A DNA stretch of 64,000 nt from the IMG/VR virus record IMGVR_UViG_3300045988_065440, positions 17,176 through 81,175 of that record; one strand, 5' to 3'. The notes below the pieces were generated by a model. That model was not told the origin of the DNA. It saw only the letters and a program-made list of their open reading frames with translations, and made no database searches. Positions 1 through 7,754 of the stretch are shown piece by piece. This stretch comes from a virus. Positions within the stretch are counted from its first letter, which is position 1. Every line of letters begins with the position of its first letter. The translations under genes and the position numbers were made by a program.

Positions 1-2
1 TA

Positions 3-152
3 GCAATCAACATAATAGTGTTTACAACGTTGGCTGCATTCCTCATGACGCAAATTAACGAGCAGAAAATACCGATGTTTTCTATTTTCTTCTTTACAGT
101 GATGGAATTAGGACTCATTCTGAATACCATATTAATCTGCACAGCGAGGTAA
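3..152 (+). CDS. partial CDS, C-terminal end of a hydrophobic (membrane) protein
   Basis: Frame open from the window edge to TAA 150-152. Translation ...FTTLAAFLMTQ...MELGLILNTILICTAR is hydrophobic. No family call is possible. Confidence 0.3.
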   Translation, partial: AINIIVFTTLAAFLMTQINEQKIPMFSIFFFTVMELGLILNTILICTAR

Positions 153-156
153 AAAT

Positions 157-291
157 ATGCTTTTAGCATTTCCTACGAGGATTATTCCGTTTTTTATCAT
201 AGAACGGGTTAAACCTATAATTAAACCGGAAGGATACGCTTACCCGATTGTGGAGCGGTACGCAAGCAAATATTCTTTACATCCGACTTAG
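157..291 (+). CDS. hypothetical 44-aa protein
   Basis: ATG 157 with GAGGT about 6 nt upstream; TAG 289-291. Below the ORF-track size cutoff. Confidence 0.25.
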   Translation: MLLAFPTRIIPFFIIERVKPIIKPEGYAYPIVERYASKYSLHPT

Positions 292-429
292 TGTAAAAAA
301 ATTTCTGTAGTCGATTATATTAAATTTGATTTCCTCCACATATATTGTTTGCATTACAGAAATAGTAATTATATCACACACAATTCTTTCTCCTGCTTTT
401 GTAATGGTGCGGAGTGGGAGAAAGATTTT

Positions 430-501
430 AGGGCTATCGCCAAGTGGTAAGGCACAGCACTTTGACTGCTGTATTCGCGGGTTCGAATCCCACTAGCCCC
501 G
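430..501 (+). tRNA. tRNA-Gln (anticodon TTG)
   Basis: Cloverleaf by eye: acceptor AGGGCTA/TAGCCCC, D arm GCC-AAGTGGTAA-GGC, anticodon arm CAGCA-CTTTGAC-TGCTG, T arm GCGGG-TTCGAAT-CCCAC. Mismatches at 1:72 and in the T stem. Close to Bacillus tRNA-Gln. Confidence 0.8.
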
Positions 502-556
502 TTTGTCGGGTTGCGCATGTACCTGGCAATGGTTTATTTCACATAGACCCTCCGAT

Positions 557-610
557 ACCCATCTAGCTCAACGGAGCTGATTAAAGGGGCTTCAAACGTC
601 CCGGATGGGA
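557..610 (+). ncRNA. tRNA-like element lacking an anticodon arm
   Basis: Acceptor-like CCCATC(558-563)/GATGGG(604-609). D-like hairpin AGCTC-AACG-GAGCT (565-578). 7-nt linker GATTAAA. T-like arm GGGGC-TTCAAAC-GTCCC (586-602, one G:U). Confidence 0.4.
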
Positions 611-680
611 TCCCCGTATAGGTGACAGCAAAACCAAAAAAGGGAGCCTTTGTTGCGACTGGCGGCAAAGAATCGCAACA

Positions 681-720
681 GTAGAAAATATGGCTTTGAG
701 GTGCTGGTAATATTTTCTAC
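681..720 (+). other. perfect 11-bp hairpin just upstream of the tRNA at 724
   Basis: GTAGAAAATAT (681-691) pairs with ATATTTTCTAC (710-720); 18-nt loop. Confidence 0.6.
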
Positions 721-723
721 TCA

Positions 724-796
724 GGAAATTTAGTTCAGTGGTTAGAACGCCCGGCTCATAACCGGGAAGTCCTGAGTTCGAATCTCAGAATTTCCA
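724..796 (+). tRNA. tRNA with CAT anticodon (Met or Ile2)
   Basis: Canonical cloverleaf: GGAAATT/AATTTCC acceptor, GTTC-AGTGGTTA-GAAC, CCCGG-CTCATAA-CCGGG, variable loop AAGTC, CTGAG-TTCGAAT-CTCAG, discriminator A. Confidence 0.9.
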
Positions 797-1105
797 TTTC
801 TTCCGTATGCTACCCATCCGTTTTATGGGAAGAAAAAACTTTCGGATGAGCGTATGTGAATCAGAATGAGCAAAGATATGTAACGGCATAGGCTTGTGTT
901 TGATCTGATTTCCCGTCCGATGAATGTTTCTTAGTTTCAATAAGCCATCACAAGCGCGCATTGATGACAAGGGAGTTTTCAAGGAACATAAAGTCAAAAG
1001 GCATAATAATATCCGAAACAACTTCGTGGGGCTGGCACGGCATAAAACAGTCTAGTGGAACGCATAACACGAAAAAATCATTGCTAACCCGGGGTTTCCG
1101 GGTTC

Positions 1106-1178
1106 AGGCAGGATAGAGAAGTGGAAACTCACAAGGTTCATATCCTTGAGAACGGCGGTTCGAATCCGCCTCCTGCAA
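1106..1178 (+). tRNA. tRNA with CAT anticodon (Met/fMet/Ile2), non-canonical D stem
   Basis: Acceptor GGCAGGA/TCCTGCA with a G1-A72 mismatch, U8, 3-bp D stem GAG/CTC, CAAGG-TTCATAT-CCTTG, variable loop AGAAC, GGCGG-TTCGAAT-CCGCC. Confidence 0.7.
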
Positions 1179-1562
1179 TTTGCCAAGAGAAACAAGGTGT
1201 TCCAGTCCTTATAACTTGGGCGGGCGGTTCAATTCCGCAAGTCGGCAGTTCCGGCAGATACTCCTCTGGCAAAAAACATTTATCCGCTTAGAGCTAAGCT
1301 ATCTGCGTACAGGCGGTCTATAGCTTATGCGGTTTGCGCATAAACGTAAACGCACAACTCACTAGGCATTTGCGTAAAAGAACTTTTTAGAGAGATGAGA
1401 CCACCGACTGTGAGAAGTGATAGTCAGTAATTCTAAAAGGGCCATCTAGTTCATGCGTTTTTACGATGGAAAGGTTATTGCTTATCTGGATATTACATCC
1501 AGTCCGAAAGCATATGAAGTGAAAATCAACTCAGTTTTTTTAACTGACCGTGACAAGCGGTA

Positions 1563-1631
1563 CGGAATGTAGCTCAGGTGGGAGAGCGCACTACAAAAGT
1601 GAGGTCGCAGGTTCGAATCCTGCCTTTCCGA
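1563..1631 (+). ncRNA. tRNA-like element with truncated anticodon arm
   Basis: Acceptor CGGAATG/CTTTCCG (1 mismatch), standard D arm GCTC-AGGTGGGA-GAGC, variable loop AGGTC, T arm GCAGG-TTCGAAT-CCTGC. Only 13 nt (CACTACAAAAGTG) sit where a 17-nt anticodon arm belongs. Confidence 0.45.
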
Positions 1632-1684
1632 TTCCTGCGGATTGCCATCGTAGGAATAAATTACTCCTAAGGTATAGTTTGGTT

Positions 1685-1735
1685 TCCAGTACTCCACGTT
1701 GGGTGGCTAGTTACGGTTCAAGTCCGTGTGCTGGA
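1685..1735 (+). ncRNA. tRNA-like element lacking an anticodon arm
   Basis: Acceptor CCAGTAC(1686-1692)/GTGCTGG(1728-1734, one G:U). D-like CCAC-GTTGG-GTGG. 5-nt linker CTAGT. T-like ACGG-TTCAAGT-CCGT. Confidence 0.4.
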
Positions 1736-1758
1736 ATTTTTGTTTAGAGAGGTGGCTT

Positions 1759-1938
1759 ATGGAAGAAAAAAATTATTGTTGTACATGTAAATGGTACGCA
1801 CTGGAAGAAGGAGTCTGCTGTAATGGTGAAAGCGAACATCGTGCAGATTTCAGATGCCTTGATGATAGTTGTGAATGTTGGGAGGGTATTGAAAATGACA
1901 GAACAAGAAGTAAAGAAAATGACAGAAGATTTATCTGA
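1759..1938 (+). CDS. small Cys-rich hypothetical protein
   Basis: ATG 1759 with a GAGAGGTGG SD. 8 Cys, including CCTC and CC pairs. First gene after the tRNA region. Confidence 0.5.
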   Translation: MEEKNYCCTCKWYALEEGVCCNGESEHRADFRCLDDSCECWEGIENDRTRSKENDRRFI

Positions 1939-2200
1939 TTATAAAAAAGTTTTTTCGGAGTTAGAAAAAAGATGCAGCCAAGGAGCATTAGAATACTGGA
2001 ATCGCCATTTATGGTATGGGATTACGATTCAGTCCAATAAAGAAGCGGCATCGCCAAAGGATGGCGAGCCTCCTAAACAACCTTTGAAATTAGTAGATTG
2101 GCTGATTGACAGAGGATTAAAAGATGGGATCCGATTATACGGAAAGAATGAGCTTAAACAAATCGCCAAACATCTTTTAATTTATTGTGAGGATGAATAA
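1895..2200 (+). CDS. hypothetical protein
   Basis: ATG 1895 with a GGGAGGG SD 8 nt upstream. Overlaps the previous ORF by 44 nt. Confidence 0.55.
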   Translation: MTEQEVKKMTEDLSDYKKVFSELEKRCSQGALEYWNRHLWYGITIQSNKEAASPKDGEPPKQPLKLVDWLIDRGLKDGIRLYGKNELKQIAKHLLIYCEDE

Positions 2201-2367
2201 TGCAAATAGCAGGAAAAGAAATTAAAGACGAGTGTTCCAGATGCGGAAATATCCTTGAATGCGAGTTGTTCCGTCAGGGACATGGAATAAAACAGGAACG
2301 TGAGAATGTAGCAAAGATGATTGAGTGCCAGATGAAACATAGGGAGGAAAGAGAAAAGAATGATTAA
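2200..2367 (+). CDS. hypothetical 55-aa protein with CxxC
   Basis: ATG overlaps the upstream stop (TAATG). Its own stop overlaps the next start. Below the ORF-track cutoff. Confidence 0.45.
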   Translation: MQIAGKEIKDECSRCGNILECELFRQGHGIKQERENVAKMIECQMKHREEREKND

Positions 2368-2569
2368 AATTTTAGTTCCTGGAACATTAAAAAGAATAAA
2401 TTGCGGAAAATGCGGAGCAGTGTTGCAGTACGATGAAAAAGAAGATGTTAAAGAAGAATGCATAGAAAAAATGTTTTCTACAAATATGCCATCTGGACGT
2501 GGACGTAAGCAGAAATATATCATATGCCCACAGTGCAAGAATAAAATAGTTACGTGGTCTACAAGATAG
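2360..2569 (+). CDS. zinc-ribbon protein (CGKCG...CPQC)
   Basis: Two CxxC pairs; ORF track; translationally coupled to neighbours. Confidence 0.6.
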   Translation: MIKILVPGTLKRINCGKCGAVLQYDEKEDVKEECIEKMFSTNMPSGRGRKQKYIICPQCKNKIVTWSTR

Positions 2570-2580
2570 GAGAAGATGCC

Positions 2581-2820
2581 ATGATTAAGAAACTCTGCAA
2601 TCTCTATATAAGACACAAGACAAAAAATCTCACAAGGATTCCATTGTTCACAATGACTTTTGACTGGAAGAAGTTTCAGAAAGACGGGAAGAAAGGAAGT
2701 TGCTTGCTGTATGTCCTTCATCCAGACATCGCAAATGATTTAGTTTTGCGTAAGAAATTGTGTGAATGCGTGGACTATATCCGTGATAACTATGATATGG
2801 AAACGTTTACCAAAATCTAA
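2581..2820 (+). CDS. hypothetical protein
   Basis: ATG 2581 with AGGAG 8 nt upstream (trimmed from track ORF 2554). Confidence 0.55.
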   Translation: MIKKLCNLYIRHKTKNLTRIPLFTMTFDWKKFQKDGKKGSCLLYVLHPDIANDLVLRKKLCECVDYIRDNYDMETFTKI

Positions 2821-2831
2821 GGGAGGCAGTT

Positions 2832-3191
2832 ATGAGAATTGAAGACATGGCAACATGGACAGTAGATCAGTTGAAAGAAGAACTTGTTCGGTTGGCTGAT
2901 GAGAGAGAATCAAAGCAACATGAAATTCTTGACAAAAACGAGAAAATCAATGAGCTTCAGACGGAACTGGATAAAATGTGTGATTATAGCAATGATTTAA
3001 AAAGGCAGCTGAATAAAAATGCAGATATGCCATTTTACGACGAATCCGCAGAAATCGCAAAATACCGCAGACAGCATCAGGACGATTGCATTACGATCAA
3101 TCAATTAGGAACTGCACTTGATGTAATTATTGACCGATATGCAAATCTTAGAAAGATTCATGGGGTGAGTTTATATGGGGGAGAAAAATAA
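2832..3191 (+). CDS. coiled-coil hypothetical protein
   Basis: AGGGAGG SD; heptad-like, charged sequence. Confidence 0.6.
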   Translation: MRIEDMATWTVDQLKEELVRLADERESKQHEILDKNEKINELQTELDKMCDYSNDLKRQLNKNADMPFYDESAEIAKYRRQHQDDCITINQLGTALDVIIDRYANLRKIHGVSLYGGEK

Positions 3192-3492
3192 TCCTTGTTT
3201 TTACATTGGAGAACAGAGCGACAGCTTGCAAGAACTTTCTGAAATAGAAGATATATCAGATAATTCTTCGGAGAATAACGAACATATGCCAGATTTATTT
3301 GGACACAAAAATAAATTTAAAGTTGACATTCCTTTCTTTATAAGCCCGTATGACAGAAGAAGACTATATGAATTGGTGTTTGGAATTTACTTAACCAACA
3401 ATGACCGTAAAATGCACGGAGAACCTATGATACGCAGAATTGCAGGACGAAAAGGAGTGAGAAAGCGTGAAAAACAATATGCGTCTACGTAA
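3175..3492 (+). CDS. hypothetical protein with basic C-terminal KMHGxPxIRxIAGRK motif
   Basis: ORF track. Its C-terminus is paralogous to that of the next gene. Confidence 0.55.
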   Translation: MGEKNNPCFYIGEQSDSLQELSEIEDISDNSSENNEHMPDLFGHKNKFKVDIPFFISPYDRRRLYELVFGIYLTNNDRKMHGEPMIRRIAGRKGVRKREKQYAST

Positions 3493-3739
3493 TATTCCTT
3501 GGATAGAAACTGTACCAAAAAAATATTTTTCTCCGTTAATGAACGATATGTGTATTGTTCCGTATTGTAATAATTATCTTAAAATGCATGGAAAGCACAA
3601 AATAAGACAGATTGCCGGGAGAAAGAGAAAAAGAAAATTCAACAATCAATTCAGCAAGAACGTAAGAAGTAAAATGAGAATTTATCTTAAACGGAAACGT
3701 AAAGGCATTAAGCATAAAAAGAACAGGAGATTTAAGTGA
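3467..3739 (+). CDS. hypothetical basic protein, paralog of 3175..3492 C-terminus
   Basis: GTG start with AAGGAG 9 nt upstream. Shares the LKMHGKHKIRQIAGRK motif. Lys/Arg-rich tail. Confidence 0.55.
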   Translation: MKNNMRLRNIPWIETVPKKYFSPLMNDMCIVPYCNNYLKMHGKHKIRQIAGRKRKRKFNNQFSKNVRSKMRIYLKRKRKGIKHKKNRRFK

Positions 3740-3969
3740 GCATCAAATCAGCATTTGAATCTGAGGGAATAGATTTCTCTCAGGTAATGAATTCACCAGA
3801 TCCGTGGGACGGACGGGCATTAATAAAGAACATCAATGGCAAACTGTGGTATTGTTGTCCTTTTTGCGAGAAGAAAGCTCTTCTGATTAGCCCAGATACA
3901 AAAATTCAGCATCTTAAATTGAAATGCAAGGGTAGCAACTGTAAGAAAGAATTTGAGGTGAATGTATGA
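3736..3969 (+). CDS. zinc-finger protein, Com-like (tentative)
   Basis: CCPFCEKK...CKGSNCKKEFEV resembles the Mu Com zinc finger. GTG start with an AGGAG SD. Confidence 0.45.
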   Translation: MSIKSAFESEGIDFSQVMNSPDPWDGRALIKNINGKLWYCCPFCEKKALLISPDTKIQHLKLKCKGSNCKKEFEVNV

Positions 3970-3988
3970 AACTTGGAGGAGGTATTAA

Positions 3989-4624
3989 ATGCAGAGTATT
4001 AGGCTAATTGATAGAGATACAGACATTTCCAAATTAAAAATGCGTCAAATGGACTGGGACACAGTAATTAATAGGAAACCGTATTTTGTCGTTTTAATAG
4101 AAGGCTATATACATACAATCGGTGGAAAATACGGAAATAACAATTTATGGGCTTATCCTAGGGACGAAAAACCAAATTGCGAGAATTTAGTTCAATTCGA
4201 AGGAGAACCCGTATGCTGGGGAATAAATTATGCGCCTTACAATTACGCTCGATGCAGACATGATGAATTTGAAGCAACTACGATTGGCAACGTGTTTATT
4301 ACCAGAAACGGAGAAAAATTCTGCGATGTAAGAGGCGGAATTGAACGTGCGAAGTGCATGATTAATGATTTTTTAGATCACCCAATGAATTTGAATGAAA
4401 TTGATTTTGATAAAAATGTTATCGGAAGAAAAGTTTGGTGGCGTAGCGAACCAGCCATTGTAACAAGTTATATTTCTGGACAGGCGTGTGTCATATTGGA
4501 ACCAGATGGAATGCCACAATTTACAACACCGGCAGAATTTGCAGGTGAGGAGTGTGAATGTTATGTTGATGGTGATGTAAAAGCAGATATTCTTGATAAA
4601 CATATTTGGTGGTTTAGAAAATAA
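3989..4624 (+). CDS. hypothetical protein
   Basis: GGAGGAGG SD; 211-aa ORF. Confidence 0.65.
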   Translation: MQSIRLIDRDTDISKLKMRQMDWDTVINRKPYFVVLIEGYIHTIGGKYGNNNLWAYPRDEKPNCENLVQFEGEPVCWGINYAPYNYARCRHDEFEATTIGNVFITRNGEKFCDVRGGIERAKCMINDFLDHPMNLNEIDFDKNVIGRKVWWRSEPAIVTSYISGQACVILEPDGMPQFTTPAEFAGEECECYVDGDVKADILDKHIWWFRK

Positions 4625-4648
4625 TGTAAATTTATTCGAGGTGAATGT

Positions 4649-5227
4649 ATGAACACTTGTTATGATTGTGCGTACTCAAAAATTGAAACCAATGGTAGTC
4701 GCAGATTTCTTTCTTGTAGGATTTTTGCAAAATATTTCCATGTTCCGTTCTCATTTCCAACACCAGATATATGTGATGTATTTCAAAAACGAAGTGGATT
4801 CTCTGCATTAGAAGCCTTTACACCTGAGGAAAAAGAGAAATACTTCGCAATATATCGGAAATTGCCTTCTTATAATCCAGATGTAAGTCCAGAAGAATTT
4901 TTCAAAGGAATGGACAGCGGATTTTTCGGGATATATCCGAAAAACACTTCGGATATTGTTAAAGCTATTGATTCTATAAAGGTGCCTGATGAAGATGTTA
5001 TTAAAACAGTTGCCAGCGATGCGGAAGAACTTCAAAAGACTAAACCTGTGGAACTGGACGAACTTTCGGAAGAAACCAAGTTTAGAATTTATAAATTAAT
5101 TGTAAATGAAATTGGAAAGCATTTTTACAATTGCGAGATGCGTATGTCATATAAAGACTTTATACTTGTTGAGGATTGCATCAGAAAAGTTTTGAAAGGA
5201 GAACAAGATGAACGTAAAACGGATTAA
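4649..5227 (+). CDS. hypothetical protein
   Basis: GAGGTG SD; 192-aa ORF. Confidence 0.65.
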   Translation: MNTCYDCAYSKIETNGSRRFLSCRIFAKYFHVPFSFPTPDICDVFQKRSGFSALEAFTPEEKEKYFAIYRKLPSYNPDVSPEEFFKGMDSGFFGIYPKNTSDIVKAIDSIKVPDEDVIKTVASDAEELQKTKPVELDELSEETKFRIYKLIVNEIGKHFYNCEMRMSYKDFILVEDCIRKVLKGEQDERKTD

Positions 5228-5396
5228 ATGTATTTTGACAGGTGGATGCAAGTTCAAAAGTTCGGATACAGAATCGAAATGTAATGATAAAGAAAAGACT
5301 TGCACTATTACGGAAACTTGTTACAAATGCGGGAAGAAGTATACAGCGGTATTTACTTACAAACAATTAGGGATTCCGGATGGGGTGACTAAATGA
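5208..5396 (+). CDS. small Cys-rich protein
   Basis: AAAGGAG SD; CKF...CNDKEKTC...CYKC. Confidence 0.5.
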   Translation: MNVKRIKCILTGGCKFKSSDTESKCNDKEKTCTITETCYKCGKKYTAVFTYKQLGIPDGVTK

Positions 5397-5590
5397 AGAT
5401 TCCAGAATGTGACCATGATTTTGAAGAATGTGAGATATCCAATCCTTATAATTATGATTTTGATGAATTTAAGCCATGTGACTCTAATCAACGTTTCCAT
5501 CCGTATTATTGTAAAAAGTGCGGAATACTTATCTTGAAAAAAGTAGTTGATAATGGACGAGGAACAGACAAATTTTTGTGGGAGGAATAA
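5393..5590 (+). CDS. small Cys-rich protein
   Basis: Start overlaps the upstream stop; CDH...C...C...CKKC. Confidence 0.5.
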   Translation: MKIPECDHDFEECEISNPYNYDFDEFKPCDSNQRFHPYYCKKCGILILKKVVDNGRGTDKFLWEE

Positions 5591-5592
5591 GA

Positions 5593-6186
5593 GTGAAAAA
5601 GATACCTACATTATTTGAGCGAGAATATAAAGACCATAAGGTTGTAAAGGTTCTCCCAAAAGTGCATCCGGGCATGGAATGGGTACTTGAAGGAGAAGGG
5701 ATTGCAACAGTCAAATACGACGGCTCTTGCTGTGCAGTAATTGACGGAAAATTTTATAAACGATACGACTGCAAGAAAGGTAAAATACCACCAGAAGGAT
5801 TTATCCCTTGTTGTGAGCCAGATTCCATTACAGGTCATTGGCCGGGATGGGTAAAGGTTGACAAGAATAATCCGTCTGATAAGTGGTTTTTGAAAGCGTA
5901 TAGTTCGATAAAAGAAAATGTAACAATTTATCTAGCTGACGGAACATACGAAGCAATAGGAAAACATTTCTGCGGAAATCCGTACAATATGGATTGTGAT
6001 AAACTTGTTCAACATGGCAAAGAAATCGTTGAAGTCGAAAGAACGTTCGAGGGAATCAAGAAATATCTTTCCGAACACGAAATAGAAGGATTAGTTTTCT
6101 GGAAAGACGGAAGTCCACAATGTAAAATCAAGCGTTCAGATTTTGGCTTTGAATGGCCAGTAAGAATGAGAGGATGCACAGAATGA
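5593..6186 (+). CDS. ATP-dependent RNA/DNA ligase-like nucleotidyltransferase
   Basis: GTG 5593 after a GGGAGG SD. Motif I, KYDGS (KxDG, adenylated Lys). EGLVFW and KIKRSDF resemble ligase motifs IV/V. Small (~197 aa) stand-alone ligase. Confidence 0.6.
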   Translation: MKKIPTLFEREYKDHKVVKVLPKVHPGMEWVLEGEGIATVKYDGSCCAVIDGKFYKRYDCKKGKIPPEGFIPCCEPDSITGHWPGWVKVDKNNPSDKWFLKAYSSIKENVTIYLADGTYEAIGKHFCGNPYNMDCDKLVQHGKEIVEVERTFEGIKKYLSEHEIEGLVFWKDGSPQCKIKRSDFGFEWPVRMRGCTE

Positions 6187-6452
6187 AAAAGATAATCGTT
6201 GCAATAACAGCTTTATCACTGACGCTTGGAATGGCCGGATGCCAGTCTGCCGCAAGAAATTGCGGCGGAAACACAACATTAGAGTTGGAACCAAACCAAA
6301 AGTTAGAGGAAATTACATGGAAAAATAATTCACTATGGTATCTCACACGCCCTATGACTGATGATGATATTGCCGAGACTCATACGTTTCAGGAATCTTC
6401 CAATTTTGGAGTATTTGAGGGTAGCGTAACTGTTGTTGAAAGGAAAGAATAA
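6183..6452 (+). CDS. lipoprotein
   Basis: MKKIIVAITALSLTLGMAGC: signal peptide plus lipobox. ATGA overlap with the ligase stop. Confidence 0.65.
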   Translation: MKKIIVAITALSLTLGMAGCQSAARNCGGNTTLELEPNQKLEEITWKNNSLWYLTRPMTDDDIAETHTFQESSNFGVFEGSVTVVERKE

Positions 6453-6486
6453 ATAATTAATCAGAGAGCCAGAAAGGAGTGCCATT

Positions 6487-7689
6487 ATGAGTGACTTGAA
6501 GATATTTACAGAAAACATCGAACCAGAAGCGTTAAATCAGATTTATACATTGATAAAACAGCCTGCATTTTCCGAATGCAAAGTACGAATCATGCCAGAT
6601 GTTCACGCAGGGGCAGGATGTGTAATTGGTTTTACTGCCGATCTCGGAGATAAAGTAATCCCGAACATTGTTGGCGTAGACATTGGATGTGGAATGCTTA
6701 CAACACAAATTCCTGCTGACGTTGGAACAATAGATTTTAAAATTCTCGACGAAGTAATAAGAAACAATGTTCCGTCAGGAAGAAACGTACGTGACAAAAT
6801 CATAAATTTTGAAGAATTAGAAGAACTTCATTGTTTTTCTCGACTCAAAAATATTGAATGGATTCGCAGGAGCCTTGGTACACTTGGGGGCGGAAATCAT
6901 TTCATTGAAGTTGACACTGATTCGAAAGGATTAAATTATCTTGTAATCCACACTGGGAGTCGGAATCTCGGGAAACAAGTAGCTGAAATATATCAAAAAA
7001 TTGCCATAGAAGACATGCAAGGTACAGACAAGCTCGAAACTGAAATACAAAAATTGGTGAAAGAATACAAGCGTTCTGGCAGACGCAAGGAAATCCAACA
7101 TGGTATTGACGAATTAAAACGAAAATGGAAGCCAGACAAACTGGGTATTCCGAAAGAATTGTGTTACTTGACAGGAGAACACAGAAAACAATATCTGCAT
7201 GATATGAAAATCTGTCAAGAATTTGCAAGAATAAACAGACGATGTATACAGAGCACTATATTTTACACTATGAATTGGACGTTCCAAAGAAACACATGGT
7301 TTGATACAATTCATAATTATATTGACCACGATACAAACATTGTTCGTAAAGGGGCAATATCAGCTAGACATGGCGAAAAAGTTCTTATCCCAATGAATAT
7401 GCGAGATGGATGCATTATTGCAGTTGGGAAAGGAAACGATGATTGGAACTGTTCGGCCCCGCATGGTGCAGGACGCATTATGAGCCGGTCAAAAGCAAAA
7501 GAAAACATCTCGTTAGAAGAATTTAAGGAGTCTATGGATGGGATATACACAACATCCGTTCAGAAATCCACAATTGATGAAAGCCCTATGGCCTACAAAC
7601 CACCGCAAGAAATTATTGATAACATCAAAGATACTGTAGAAATAGTTGATATTATCAAACCTATATATAACTTCAAAGCAAGTGAATAA
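6487..7689 (+). CDS. rtcB: RtcB-family RNA 3'-phosphate/5'-OH ligase
   Basis: Hallmark motifs MPDVHAGAG, GVDIGCGM, GGGNHFIE, HTGSRNLG and SAPHGAGR (His nucleophile). 400 aa. Confidence 0.9.
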   Translation: MSDLKIFTENIEPEALNQIYTLIKQPAFSECKVRIMPDVHAGAGCVIGFTADLGDKVIPNIVGVDIGCGMLTTQIPADVGTIDFKILDEVIRNNVPSGRNVRDKIINFEELEELHCFSRLKNIEWIRRSLGTLGGGNHFIEVDTDSKGLNYLVIHTGSRNLGKQVAEIYQKIAIEDMQGTDKLETEIQKLVKEYKRSGRRKEIQHGIDELKRKWKPDKLGIPKELCYLTGEHRKQYLHDMKICQEFARINRRCIQSTIFYTMNWTFQRNTWFDTIHNYIDHDTNIVRKGAISARHGEKVLIPMNMRDGCIIAVGKGNDDWNCSAPHGAGRIMSRSKAKENISLEEFKESMDGIYTTSVQKSTIDESPMAYKPPQEIIDNIKDTVEIVDIIKPIYNFKASE

Positions 7690-7707
7690 CAGTCAAAGAG
7701 CCACATG

Positions 7708-7754
7708 AGAGCCAGACTAAATCCTAAAAAGAAAGGAGGTCTGGCTCTATTTTT
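7708..7754 (+). terminator. terminator-like hairpin abutting the terL start
   Basis: AGAGCCAGAC (7708-7717) pairs with GTCTGGCTCT (7739-7748), then ATTTTT. The SD AAAGGAGG lies in the loop or the 3' arm. Confidence 0.5.

Noticed and set aside
785-1021. 78-aa minus-strand ORF inside the tRNA region
   Set aside because: It has no SD and an implausible sequence, and it lies in a hairpin-rich non-coding region between tRNAs.
1181-1247. Possible tRNA with a TTA (ochre suppressor-like) or TAT anticodon
   Set aside because: A T arm (GCGG-TTCAATT-CCGC) is present. However, the acceptor strands pair at only 4 of 7 positions and the anticodon stem needs a bulge. This is too degenerate to call, and there is no sign of stop-codon reassignment in the ORFs.
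2182-2721. 179-aa minus-strand ORF opposite the early genes
   Set aside because: It is antisense to four tightly coupled + strand genes that have good SDs. It has no SD of its own and a low-complexity hydrophobic translation.
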